Source: a virus
Length of the DNA: 64,000 bases
Direction: 5' to 3' (one strand)
IMG/VR virus record: IMGVR_UViG_3300043540_000321
Location: 131,212 to 195,211 of that record
Shown: positions 30,108-38,752 of the stretch, one piece after another
Position numbering within the stretch: the first letter of the stretch is position 1
How the letters are laid out: each line of letters begins with the position of its first letter
Position numbers and translations under genes: made by a program
The notes under the pieces: generated by a model
Databases searched by the model: none
The model's input: only the letters and a program-made list of their open reading frames with translations
What the model was told of the DNA's origin: nothing

Positions 30108-31658
30108 ATGCCCCGTAGCAGCACTCCCACCTTCATAACCGATGTCCCGCTCATTGTGACTAGTACTGATGAGCGAGAATTAACAGCGCGGTTTAATGCC
30201 GGGTTAAGGCTGCTCAACAATTGCCTGGGTGAAGCGCAAACTCGAATGAGGCTTGTCCGAAAAAGCGAGCTATTTCAGCAAGCTTTGAAATTGCCCAAGA
30301 CAATCAAAAACGACAAGGGCAAAGATGTAGCAAACCCATTGCGGAGAGACGCTTTCAAAGCAGCGCGGGAGGCGCATCGCTATTCAGAGTATGATCTTCA
30401 TGCGTATGCAGGCAGGGTTGCCAAAGACGCAGTATGGATAGCCCAAAAGCTCGATGCGAATACTATCCAAAAGATTGCAACACGGGTATTCAAAGCAACT
30501 GAAAGGGTGCTTTTGGGCAGAGCTAAGAAGATTCGCTTCAAGGGCTTCAATCGCTTCCGCTCGGTAGAAGGCAAGTCAAACAAGACTGGGATTCGCTGGA
30601 AAGATAATCAGCTTGTTTGGGGAGATCTGATTCTTCAGCCACTGATTGGTGAAAATGATCCAGTTCTACTGCATGGGCTAAACAGCCCAGTGAAGTATGT
30701 CCGGCTAATCAAGAGAGAGTTGAATGGCAAGACGCGCTATTTCGCTCAACTAGTCAACGAAGGACTGCCATTTCAGAAACCCAAAAACACAGTCGGGGAT
30801 GATCTAATTGGACTGGATCTCAATGTCAGCGCTGTGGCTGTAGTTGGGGATACTCGGTCTGAGTTGCTGCCTTTTGCCAATAAAGTCCCAACCTACGACA
30901 AAGAGATTGCAGCGCTTCAACGGCAGATGCAGCGCTCTCAGAGGACTAGCAATCCAGAGAATTACGAGCCAAACTTTGAGGCTCGCAAAGGTCGAAAGAC
31001 CGTAACCAAGCTTGGTAAACCCAAGAAGGGCAAACGCAAGTGGCGTAAGTCAAAGCGCTACCTGCGAATCGCCCAAAAGAAACGGGAATTGCAGCGGCGT
31101 AAAGCCGCCTATGCAAAGTCCGAGAACAGGAAACTGGTCAATGATACGCTGCGTATCGGCAAGACCATCAAAACTGAGAACGTCTCAGTCAAAGGCTGGC
31201 AAAAGCGCTACGGTAAAGCTATCGGTGCAAAGTCGCCTGGATTCTTCATGAGTGAACTTGTTCGCAAGGCTGAAAGGGCTGGTGGACAAGTCATTAAGTT
31301 TTCGACCCAGAGAACCGCACTATCTCAAACTCATCTCAGTGGTGAGCGCGTCAAGAAGTCTCTCTCAGAGCGCATCCACAAGGATGTGACAGGTTTCGAG
31401 ATGCACCGAGATTTGTTCAGTGCGTTTTTGGCTCGATACGTTGTTGAGGATCAGTTGCTATTGCAGGCTGCTCAATTTGAGTATCCAGGGCTGGAACCAG
31501 CCTTGATGGAGGCATGGCAACGCTATCTCCAATCCGCAAATCAAGTAGGCTCGTCCGAACGTAGGCAGGCTCAACCTCCCTCAGAGCGGATCTCCATTAA
31601 TTCCGAAAAAGCCAACCAGATAGGAGACTCCTGTAAGTCAGTCCGACAAGTTGGTTAA
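30108..31658 (+). CDS. tnpB: TnpB RNA-guided nuclease
   Basis: RuvC motifs GLDLNV, TENVSV and HRDLFSA present; zinc-finger cysteines absent (QTHLSG...HKDVTG). Confidence 0.95.
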   Translation: MPRSSTPTFITDVPLIVTSTDERELTARFNAGLRLLNNCLGEAQTRMRLVRKSELFQQALKLPKTIKNDKGKDVANPLRRDAFKAAREAHRYSEYDLHAYAGRVAKDAVWIAQKLDANTIQKIATRVFKATERVLLGRAKKIRFKGFNRFRSVEGKSNKTGIRWKDNQLVWGDLILQPLIGENDPVLLHGLNSPVKYVRLIKRELNGKTRYFAQLVNEGLPFQKPKNTVGDDLIGLDLNVSAVAVVGDTRSELLPFANKVPTYDKEIAALQRQMQRSQRTSNPENYEPNFEARKGRKTVTKLGKPKKGKRKWRKSKRYLRIAQKKRELQRRKAAYAKSENRKLVNDTLRIGKTIKTENVSVKGWQKRYGKAIGAKSPGFFMSELVRKAERAGGQVIKFSTQRTALSQTHLSGERVKKSLSERIHKDVTGFEMHRDLFSAFLARYVVEDQLLLQAAQFEYPGLEPALMEAWQRYLQSANQVGSSERRQAQPPSERISINSEKANQIGDSCKSVRQVG

Positions 31659-31736
31659 AGGTTCGGAGGGAACCCCCTGTTTTCTAAACGGGGGAGGGTT
31701 CAGCTCATTGGAAGTTGTTAAGGAAGTGACCGAAGC

Positions 31737-33220
31737 ATGACTGAGACAAAAAAGTTCGAATCGTTCGTTGAAAGGGAACGCTACCTGATGGAGTTCCCTC
31801 TGTATTATGTTGATGACGAAGCCCGGCGAATAAAAATTCTCAAGTGGCAGAAAGATGCCACACGGGTGGCGGGCGCTAAGCGAATTAATGGTTCGCCTGA
31901 AATAATTATGGCGACCGGAGTTATTGAGTCGGTCGATCGTGGGGTATGGGGGTTCGGAGGCGACTCCTGGGCCGTGACGATCGACGGCGAAGTGGTACCG
32001 TCTCATTTAGTAAAGCTGGCAGCCTGAACATGAGAATAACTGACGAGCAGGAGCGCTACCCCTATTACCTGGGAGCAGCCGCGAAGAATTTAATCACGGG
32101 CGAAGAGGGATACGTCTCTTCTATCTGGATAGACGACACGGGAACTCTGTACCCTCTAATCCGTGTCTATGACGGCAGTCGCCCGACGCATGAATCAATC
32201 CATAGTCTGACTGATGCAGGCTGGACGATCGATACTCGTGATTCAGAAGTAACCGAGAGGAAGCAATGTTTGAACGGTTCAAGCAACTTTTAACAGACAA
32301 GACTTTTGTAGTCCGAGCCGGAATCGCCGCTCTAACAGTCACGATCGTCGGATCTTTGTGGTCGGACGTTCTATGGGTGCGACTTTTGGGAGACGTGGCC
32401 TTCTTCTCCTGGATGGTTGGGTGTATCCCTCTCTACAGGGAGAGAAGTTCTTCTAAAATGCCTATTTACTACGGCATCCTGGCCGCGAACTTTATCCTCT
32501 TCTTTGTTAACCTACCGACAGTTTTGTTGTTCTTAAAGTTAGCTGTCGCGGCCTGGTTGATCCTTCCGAACGACGATGACGATGATGATGGAGGGCTCTT
32601 CGACGTTGAGTTCGATGGCGACGACTTTAATCCAGCGAACTTGGAGGCTGCTAGATGAGTGAAGTTCATCTAACGCTCCAGCAGGTCGAGATAGCCGTCT
32701 ACATCGGTGCTGAGTACGAGGCGAACCTTCCACCATCACAATCGGAGAGGCGCGTCAGGCTCTAGCCTTCGATGTTTTCGGCGTGGAGAAGTGGACAGGA
32801 CTAACGACTGAGCAGAGAGAGGTCGCTCTGCTCTACTTTAATCAAGGAAGAGATAGGGAGAAGCAATATCCGGTTCCAGAAGGTTAACCTGACCACATTA
32901 CGGACAAGTCGGGCGGGTAGGTTAGCGATAGCCTACCTGTTTTGTTTATGACAGACTCTTCAAAAAGACCGCCAGCACCGTTCAGTTTTGCTAAGTTCAT
33001 TACATTCTTCGGCGGTACAAAACTTCTGGCCCTGCTGACAGTCGGGTTAGTTGTGATGGTCAACCGTTGGTGGGTCGTCTACCTGATGGGTCTCCTTTTA
33101 TTAAATGCGATGATCGCAATGCTGGTCACGCGATCGCATGAGGAAGACCACCTCGCCGCCTGGATCATTACCTGGCTGGTGGATTTATTAATTCTGACGC
33201 TGGGAGCCTACTTCTGGTGA
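31737..33220 (+). other. Small hypothetical genes
   Basis: ORFs 31737-32027, ~32030-32293, 32266-32658 (multi-TM with DDDDDDGG) and 32942-33220 (TM). Confidence 0.65.
32655..32887 (+). pseudogene. Probable frameshifted small gene
   Basis: MSEVHLTLQQ...PSQSER stops early; a second frame RQALAFDVFG...YPVPEG-stop stays open from ~32750. Confidence 0.45.
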
Positions 33221-33226
33221 TATCTA

Positions 33227-33619
33227 ATGCTGGTCATTTTTATAGCGGACCCACAGCCTACGACGCCCACGCCTCCAGTATCACCCTCGCCTGTAACTTC
33301 AGACTCTTCCTCCTCCTCCTCCTCAGCGAGCGCTCGGATACAGAACACCATTAACATTCAGCTCCAGGGCTCGCCGCCGGAACGACCGACCTGTTCCTCT
33401 GGCTGCCGACCTCGGATCATTGTCATCCACTCCTGTAATGGCAGTGTGTCCTGTGCCAATGTCAGAGATGCTCCAGGCGGGAATGTGATTGATGCGCTAC
33501 AACCCGGAGACCAGGTTAGTGTGATCGATCTGCAAGGTAGCTGGAGTAGAGTTCGGTACGGGAATGGGTCTGAAGGGTGGATTCACCAGTGCTTCGTCGA
33601 GGGATCGAGAAATTATTAA
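33227..33619 (+). CDS. SH3b (SH3_3) domain protein with Pro/Ser linker
   Basis: ANVRDAPGGNVIDALQPGDQVSVIDLQGSWSRVRYGNGSEGWIH. Confidence 0.85.
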   Translation: MLVIFIADPQPTTPTPPVSPSPVTSDSSSSSSSASARIQNTINIQLQGSPPERPTCSSGCRPRIIVIHSCNGSVSCANVRDAPGGNVIDALQPGDQVSVIDLQGSWSRVRYGNGSEGWIHQCFVEGSRNY

Positions 33620-33875
33620 TAATCGAATTTTCTTCTTTCCAAAAAAAACCCAAGAAAGAAGGAAAGGAGGAAAGACAGAGCGAAGGCGAAGACAGGAGGC
33701 GGAGGCGAGGAAGAACGGAGAAGGAGAGCAAGGAATGAGGGTGAGGAGAGGAGAGGAAGCGCCGAACCGGCGCTGGGATGGGTACCGAGGTACAAACCCC
33801 ACAACCCTTCACTAATAGCCCTTTGAGGGCTATTTCAACTTTCGTAACCCCCTCACATCGCTGGAATGTGTAGAC

Positions 33876-33908
33876 AAAAAAAATAACCCCTGGGGCAGCC
33901 CAGGGGTT
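33876..33908 (-). terminator. Minus-strand intrinsic terminator
   Basis: AACCCCTGGG/CCCAGGGGTT stem with A8 on + (T8 on -). Confidence 0.8.
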
Positions 33909-33987
33909 TAGTCATAGCTAATGAGAAAACAAGTTACAAGTCGACCAGTAATCTGCCACTTGGCCGATTGTATGTGTATACCTCCTT

Positions 33988-34017
33988 ATTATAGATGGTT
34001 GGCTTGCCTACATCCAA
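33988..34017 (-). promoter_or_regulatory. Candidate sigma70-type promoter on the minus strand
   Basis: TTGGAT-18 nt-TATAAT pointing towards the terminator at 33876-33908. Confidence 0.4.
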
Positions 34018-34108
34018 TCAAGTATTTACAAGGAAATTATCAGCTACTCCTCTTTATCGTTCATTAGTCTATAATCGTCTCAGCTAATGAGCGACAAGAG
34101 CATCCAAT

Positions 34109-35884
34109 ATGTATATCCTCACAAAGGGTGTCTTCTGGACGTTAGAGGAAGACAAAACCCACGAAGAATTCTTAAAGCATCGTCAAGTACCTGAAGACAA
34201 CATCCTCGCAGCTCGCCACATCTCTGCTCAACTGATTGTCTCAGGTCGAAAAAATAATGGATACGATGATATACCCCGGCGGCATCTGTTCAACCCCTTC
34301 TATTTCATAGGAGAAGACCGGAAGTCTGTATGTATCCCCTGCGGTTACTTTGAAGAGGCGAAAGTCAGCAAAGAAGTCCTCATCGACTTAGAAATTTATC
34401 TGCAAACCGAGTACAGCCACGACTTAGGTATCGCTCGCACCTATATGTATGGGCAAGAACTGGAAGACGCCCTACTCGAAGCGAAGTTCTCTACGATCGA
34501 TAATTTACATCCGGTGATGGTCGACATCCTCACGAGAAAAAGAGTTCTCAAGGCGTCCAAGAGCACACGTTACGACGAGAAGAGGAACTCTTTTCCAGAG
34601 AAGATAGTTGAGGCAATGGCCGCTATACCAACCAGCCTTATTAATGTGCCCGCGACGATCGCCTATCTAAGGAGGACTGAGGAAAAGATCAAGTCTCTGC
34701 GGCGACAGTATGGACCAAACCACAAAGAGTATCGTCTCGCTTGCGACCAGTTCCATAATGACTCTGGAGTATGGAACGTTATCAGGAGACAGGGTTTGAG
34801 TCCTTCACCCGAACATGGACCTGGCATATATACTTACCCAACAGCATTTGAAGTGCAGCTTGGAGGGCGCATCGGATTTGTTGGAGGAGGCCCAACCTGT
34901 GCCTCTAAGAAGATGAAAGGTGCTATGTACTCCGGTATTGAAGGGTTAATAAACTACGATATCCGTTCTGCCCAAGTCCACGCTTTACTTTTCAGAATGA
35001 AACAGGCTGGAATTGAGTGTGAGTGGTTGGAGAGCTACGTTAATAACCCCAGAGGTAAATATGAGTTGGCAACTAAGGTCGGAGTGTCCGAAGAATTCTC
35101 TGGAGTCTTGAAGACAGCCGTCATTCAAGAGTGTATGTGCGCCCACAATAGTGACGACATCAGTAAAGTCAGCGGCCATTCATCCCTCTATAAGCTATTT
35201 AAGAAAGAGTTCCCAGACAACTGGGAAGAGGTGTGGCAACGCTATAACCAAGAGACTGTAGAGTTTCGAAAATCACTAAGGCGATTTAGAAGTTACCTAT
35301 GGAAGAGATGGTTACCCCAGAACGCCAAGTATCTCAAAGACGGAAAGCGCTACTGGGTCAATGCGACTGGAATGAAGTTACATGAGGATAAATTGGACGA
35401 AGTTAAGTCTTGGCAGCGAAAAATGGCTAAGTTGTCAGCATTTCTACTTCAAGGCGACGAAGCCTGCTTCATTCACAACCTCACTCTATTGAGCGAGAAG
35501 TATGATTTTATGGTATACATGAACGAGTACGACGGTTTAATAACAATCGGAGAAATTCCAGTAGAAGCCGTGGCTGAGGCTCAGCGCATCTCTCGTATGA
35601 CCTGGGCTATTTTAGAAATCAAGGAGTTCTATAAAGAATGTCAAAGTCAGGAAAAAGTTTTACAGCCAGAGTCAGAATGGCAACGGCCACGAGAACAGAA
35701 GAAGGTTTGGTACCAGTTTTACACCTCGTTGAAATTAGGGAGGGAAAGACGGATGACGTTGTTGTTAACTCACTCTGGATTGATGGACGGGAGTGGAATG
35801 AAGGGGTTAATGTCCAGAGCGGCGACATTGTACAATTTGAAGCTTCCCTTGTCTGGCCTCATAAGAGAGGTTTTGGTGAGCTGA
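34109..35884 (+). CDS. Family-A-polymerase-like protein (TV-Pol-like), no exonuclease domain seen
   Basis: GGRI, motif A-like INYDIRSAQ, LLQGDEA, motif C-like YMNEYDGLIT; last ~82 codons overlap the next gene. Confidence 0.6.
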   Translation: MYILTKGVFWTLEEDKTHEEFLKHRQVPEDNILAARHISAQLIVSGRKNNGYDDIPRRHLFNPFYFIGEDRKSVCIPCGYFEEAKVSKEVLIDLEIYLQTEYSHDLGIARTYMYGQELEDALLEAKFSTIDNLHPVMVDILTRKRVLKASKSTRYDEKRNSFPEKIVEAMAAIPTSLINVPATIAYLRRTEEKIKSLRRQYGPNHKEYRLACDQFHNDSGVWNVIRRQGLSPSPEHGPGIYTYPTAFEVQLGGRIGFVGGGPTCASKKMKGAMYSGIEGLINYDIRSAQVHALLFRMKQAGIECEWLESYVNNPRGKYELATKVGVSEEFSGVLKTAVIQECMCAHNSDDISKVSGHSSLYKLFKKEFPDNWEEVWQRYNQETVEFRKSLRRFRSYLWKRWLPQNAKYLKDGKRYWVNATGMKLHEDKLDEVKSWQRKMAKLSAFLLQGDEACFIHNLTLLSEKYDFMVYMNEYDGLITIGEIPVEAVAEAQRISRMTWAILEIKEFYKECQSQEKVLQPESEWQRPREQKKVWYQFYTSLKLGRERRMTLLLTHSGLMDGSGMKGLMSRAATLYNLKLPLSGLIREVLVS

Positions 35885-36045
35885 GAAAGGCAAAGAAAGG
35901 GATTGAACCAACCATTGATGATATATCCAACCTTTGCGTTCTTTCTACGTCCAGGGTTAGCATCGAACAGAGGCAGGAAGCGTCCTCAAAGGTCACGTTC
36001 TGCTCTCAAACTATCTCGGAATATATAGCCGAACTGAATGCTTGA
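35638..36045 (+). CDS. Hypothetical OB-fold-like protein
   Basis: AAGGAG SD; LWID...EGVNVQSGDIVQFEA. Confidence 0.55.
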   Translation: MSKSGKSFTARVRMATATRTEEGLVPVLHLVEIREGKTDDVVVNSLWIDGREWNEGVNVQSGDIVQFEASLVWPHKRGFGELRKAKKGIEPTIDDISNLCVLSTSRVSIEQRQEASSKVTFCSQTISEYIAELNA

Positions 36046-36800
36046 AGATCAAGAGTATGAGGACTACAGTGACCGATAACGAAAAAATCTACCAATTATT
36101 AATGGGCATAGATTTCACCCTCCTGCCTCCTCATGTGCAGCAGGAGAATATCCAGGCATTATTAAAAGTTGCCAGCACCCCGGAGGTGCAAGCCAATATA
36201 GCGGGGGGCGAGCCTCCTAAAGTCGAGCCGTCCAAAGTTGCTCCGCCTGAATACCTGGAACTTCTTCGAACGGTTCGAGGTTTAACGAACACTCAATCAG
36301 CAGTCCAATGATTCCAGGTTTCAATCACAACATTTACTACGGCATCGTCCAGCTATCAACCGGCGGGCTGCTTCGCCTCGATAAAGAAAAGAATGTAAAC
36401 GCCCCCAGACCAGTTCAAGTTAGGAGACCTGCTCTAGAAGGAGTACTACGATGCTCCTTACCAGATCGTGCAGATTAACAACGACCCGGACGACGATTAC
36501 TTCGACCTAATTGTCGAGGACTATGTGCAACCCCTAAACCATACTGAGACATCGATCAAGGAGTAACCTATGTCAGACCCATTAGAAGATTTTTTAAGGG
36601 CCGAGACCGTCCTTCTCAGAGTTCAAGAAATAAGTGACGAAGTTTCAAGGGCTATGCTTCTTGTTGACCAACGAGCCAGAAGTGGTCGTGTCGTATCCGA
36701 TCAAGAGATAAAAGACGTTCACAACGTAGTCGTTGGTAAGTGCATGGAGCTTGCCTGTATAGGATACACCGAAGGGTTTGGAAGGAGTCTTAAGCGGTGA
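36042..36800 (+). other. Small hypothetical genes including one probable pseudogene
   Basis: ORFs 36042-36311 and 36570-36800; 36308-36566 needs a frameshift and read-through of TAG 36435. Confidence 0.5.
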
Positions 36801-37309
36801 CGATCGTATGTGCTGTTGACCCAGGCCCCCAAGTCCTGGGCTATGTCTGCTGGGATACGGCAGAACAAAAGTTACTGGTGAAGGAGAACATCTCAAGTGA
36901 GGAGTTCATCCAGAAGATCTCCGACCCGACGCTTGTCCCAGGTGAGATGCTACTGGTCGAGCAAGCCGTAATCTACCAAAAGTCCGCCGCCTCTATCCAC
37001 GACACAATCTTCTATTACGGTCGACTGTGTCGGGACTGGCAGATCCGACGCGGCGATAACATTCTTCTTGTTCCTCGCTTAACCATCATCGGTCATATCT
37101 TAGGACCAGAACTTCGGAAAGCCTGTTTTGGGAAGAAGAATATGAGCAGAGACTCTGCCGTCATTGCAGAACTGACGTCCCGCTACGGAGGGAAAGGGAC
37201 AAAGGCAGAGCCCGGGTTCTTCTTCGGCGTCAGCTCTCATATGTGGAATGCGATCGCTCTGGCAGTCTACTACCAGGATTGCGTAGAGAAAAAGGAAGTG
37301 GCGGCATGA
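36797..37309 (+). CDS. RuvC-like Holliday junction resolvase
   Basis: CAVDPG, LLVEQ, HMWNAIALA (last Asp appears as Asn). Confidence 0.75.
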   Translation: MTIVCAVDPGPQVLGYVCWDTAEQKLLVKENISSEEFIQKISDPTLVPGEMLLVEQAVIYQKSAASIHDTIFYYGRLCRDWQIRRGDNILLVPRLTIIGHILGPELRKACFGKKNMSRDSAVIAELTSRYGGKGTKAEPGFFFGVSSHMWNAIALAVYYQDCVEKKEVAA

Positions 37310-37820
37310 TTTTAATTGAATCTGAGTTAGGAAAAGTTGAGCTGAGACCTGGTGAGTACAAACCTGTCTCGGATATTCACACACCTGACCCTTATTACTG
37401 GGTGGACTTTGACGTAGCTGAGGCCATAGCCGCCATCACAGAGAACAGAAACCTCCAGTGGTGCTTCAGTATGGAAAAGAAAATTCTCTACTTAGTTCAT
37501 CACGAGAGCGTGTCAGTAGCTGCAGTTTGTGAAGTCGTCAGTGTTAAGTTTGATGGACCGGGACGCCCCGTTGATTATCTTGCTCCAACTGATTACCTTG
37601 CAGTCCTGACTCCTTAAGAGGTGAGCTTATGATTATTGAACGCTTAGCAACCCGACTTGCACAATATATTATGGCGAAGGCTGTTATTGAATGGTTGCAG
37701 AACAAGAACCTGGTAGATAAGGGTCTGTCCGCAAAAGACTTAGCGGTCGAGTTCGCCTTTCCTCATGCTCAGCGGGGTGTGGTGAAGGAGTTAGAAAGCT
37801 GGAAGGAGTATCAGAGTTGA
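37308..37820 (+). other. Two small hypothetical genes
   Basis: ORFs ~37308-37617 and 37629-37820. Confidence 0.55.
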
Positions 37821-38416
37821 CCATTCTCGGAAGAAAGTCCCTGAAAGAGTTGTGTGACGAGGGGCTGTTAAGTCCAACAGAAGAATCTTTAATTGGGCAC
37901 TCCTCTATTGATGTCCGCGTGGGGTACTCAGCGCTGTTAGAGACAAAGCCATTGGACATACCCCAGTACGAGTTCGAGAAGAGCGGTCGCCCAGAGAATG
38001 TTTTCACTCCAATCGACCTCAACCACTTCTCAAAAGAAAGTCCTCTTATGTTACCTCCAGGTGGGTTTGCTCTGGTGGCGACGCTTGAGACTTTTAATGT
38101 ACCCCTCGGGTATACCTGCGAGTTTAGAATTACCTCCTCCTGCGCTAGGGCAGGCTATGATAATGCCTTAGCTGTCTGGGTCGAGGGCGGATTTAATAAT
38201 TCCGTCTTGACCCTGGAAATCAAAAATAACCTTCAGTACCACGACCGACCTCTCTTTCCGGGGTTGGTGATCGGGCAGGTCATCGTTCATACAGTGGATG
38301 GTGAGTCCTCTATCTATAAAGATGACGGCAGGTACAACGGGGATTCCAAAGTGTCTGCCAGCAAGGGCTTGAAAGTCTTACTGCCCGGTCGACAGTTAGA
38401 AAAAGTGGAGATTTAA
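37817..38416 (+). CDS. dcd: dCTP deaminase
   Basis: SSIDVRVG, FALVATLE, SSCARAG, GGF...LTLEIKN, PGLVIGQ. Confidence 0.9.
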   Translation: MTILGRKSLKELCDEGLLSPTEESLIGHSSIDVRVGYSALLETKPLDIPQYEFEKSGRPENVFTPIDLNHFSKESPLMLPPGGFALVATLETFNVPLGYTCEFRITSSCARAGYDNALAVWVEGGFNNSVLTLEIKNNLQYHDRPLFPGLVIGQVIVHTVDGESSIYKDDGRYNGDSKVSASKGLKVLLPGRQLEKVEI

Positions 38417-38417
38417 C

Positions 38418-38595
38418 ATGGGTTATACAACGGAGTTCGAGGGGGTGTTTCAAATCACCCCTCCCCTTCGGTACGATCACCATCGAAGATAACGTCGTCT
38501 CTGTTCAAAAGGGTCTAAGGATTACAGAGGAGGAGAAAGCTATCCGCTACTTGGAGGCGAGAGGCTATCAAGTGGCCAAGTCTTCGCTAGAATAA
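38418..38595 (+). pseudogene. Frameshifted or internally deleted small gene
   Basis: MGYTTEFEGVFQITPPL joined out of frame to TITIEDNVV...AKSSLE-stop. Confidence 0.5.
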
Positions 38596-38618
38596 GCGGC
38601 ATCTATCTCCTCATAGAT

Positions 38619-38653
38619 AAAAGCGAGGCGTAGACCAACACCTCGCTTTTTTT
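38619..38653 (+). terminator. Intrinsic terminator
   Basis: AAAAGCGAGG/CCTCGCTTTT plus T-run. Confidence 0.85.
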
Positions 38654-38752
38654 GTTGACGCGACCGCTCCTGCATTCCACGAAGGGTTTTCTTGGTCAGT
38701 TGGCGACCTCTCTTTCAAACGACAATGCCTATGGTCTCTTACATAGGTACTT

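Larger units (their letters stand above)
29583..31703 (+). mobile_element. Complete IS605-group element (divergent tnpA + tnpB)
   Basis: Left hairpin CCCCC..GGGGG at ~29600-29620, right hairpin ending GGTTCAG; inserted 3' of TCAC. Confidence 0.9.

Noticed and set aside
33497-33815. ORFs 33497-33802, 33516-33812, 33564-33815 and 33616-33804
   Set aside because: Artefacts of a purine-rich low-complexity tract with biased R/E/G or S/L/F composition
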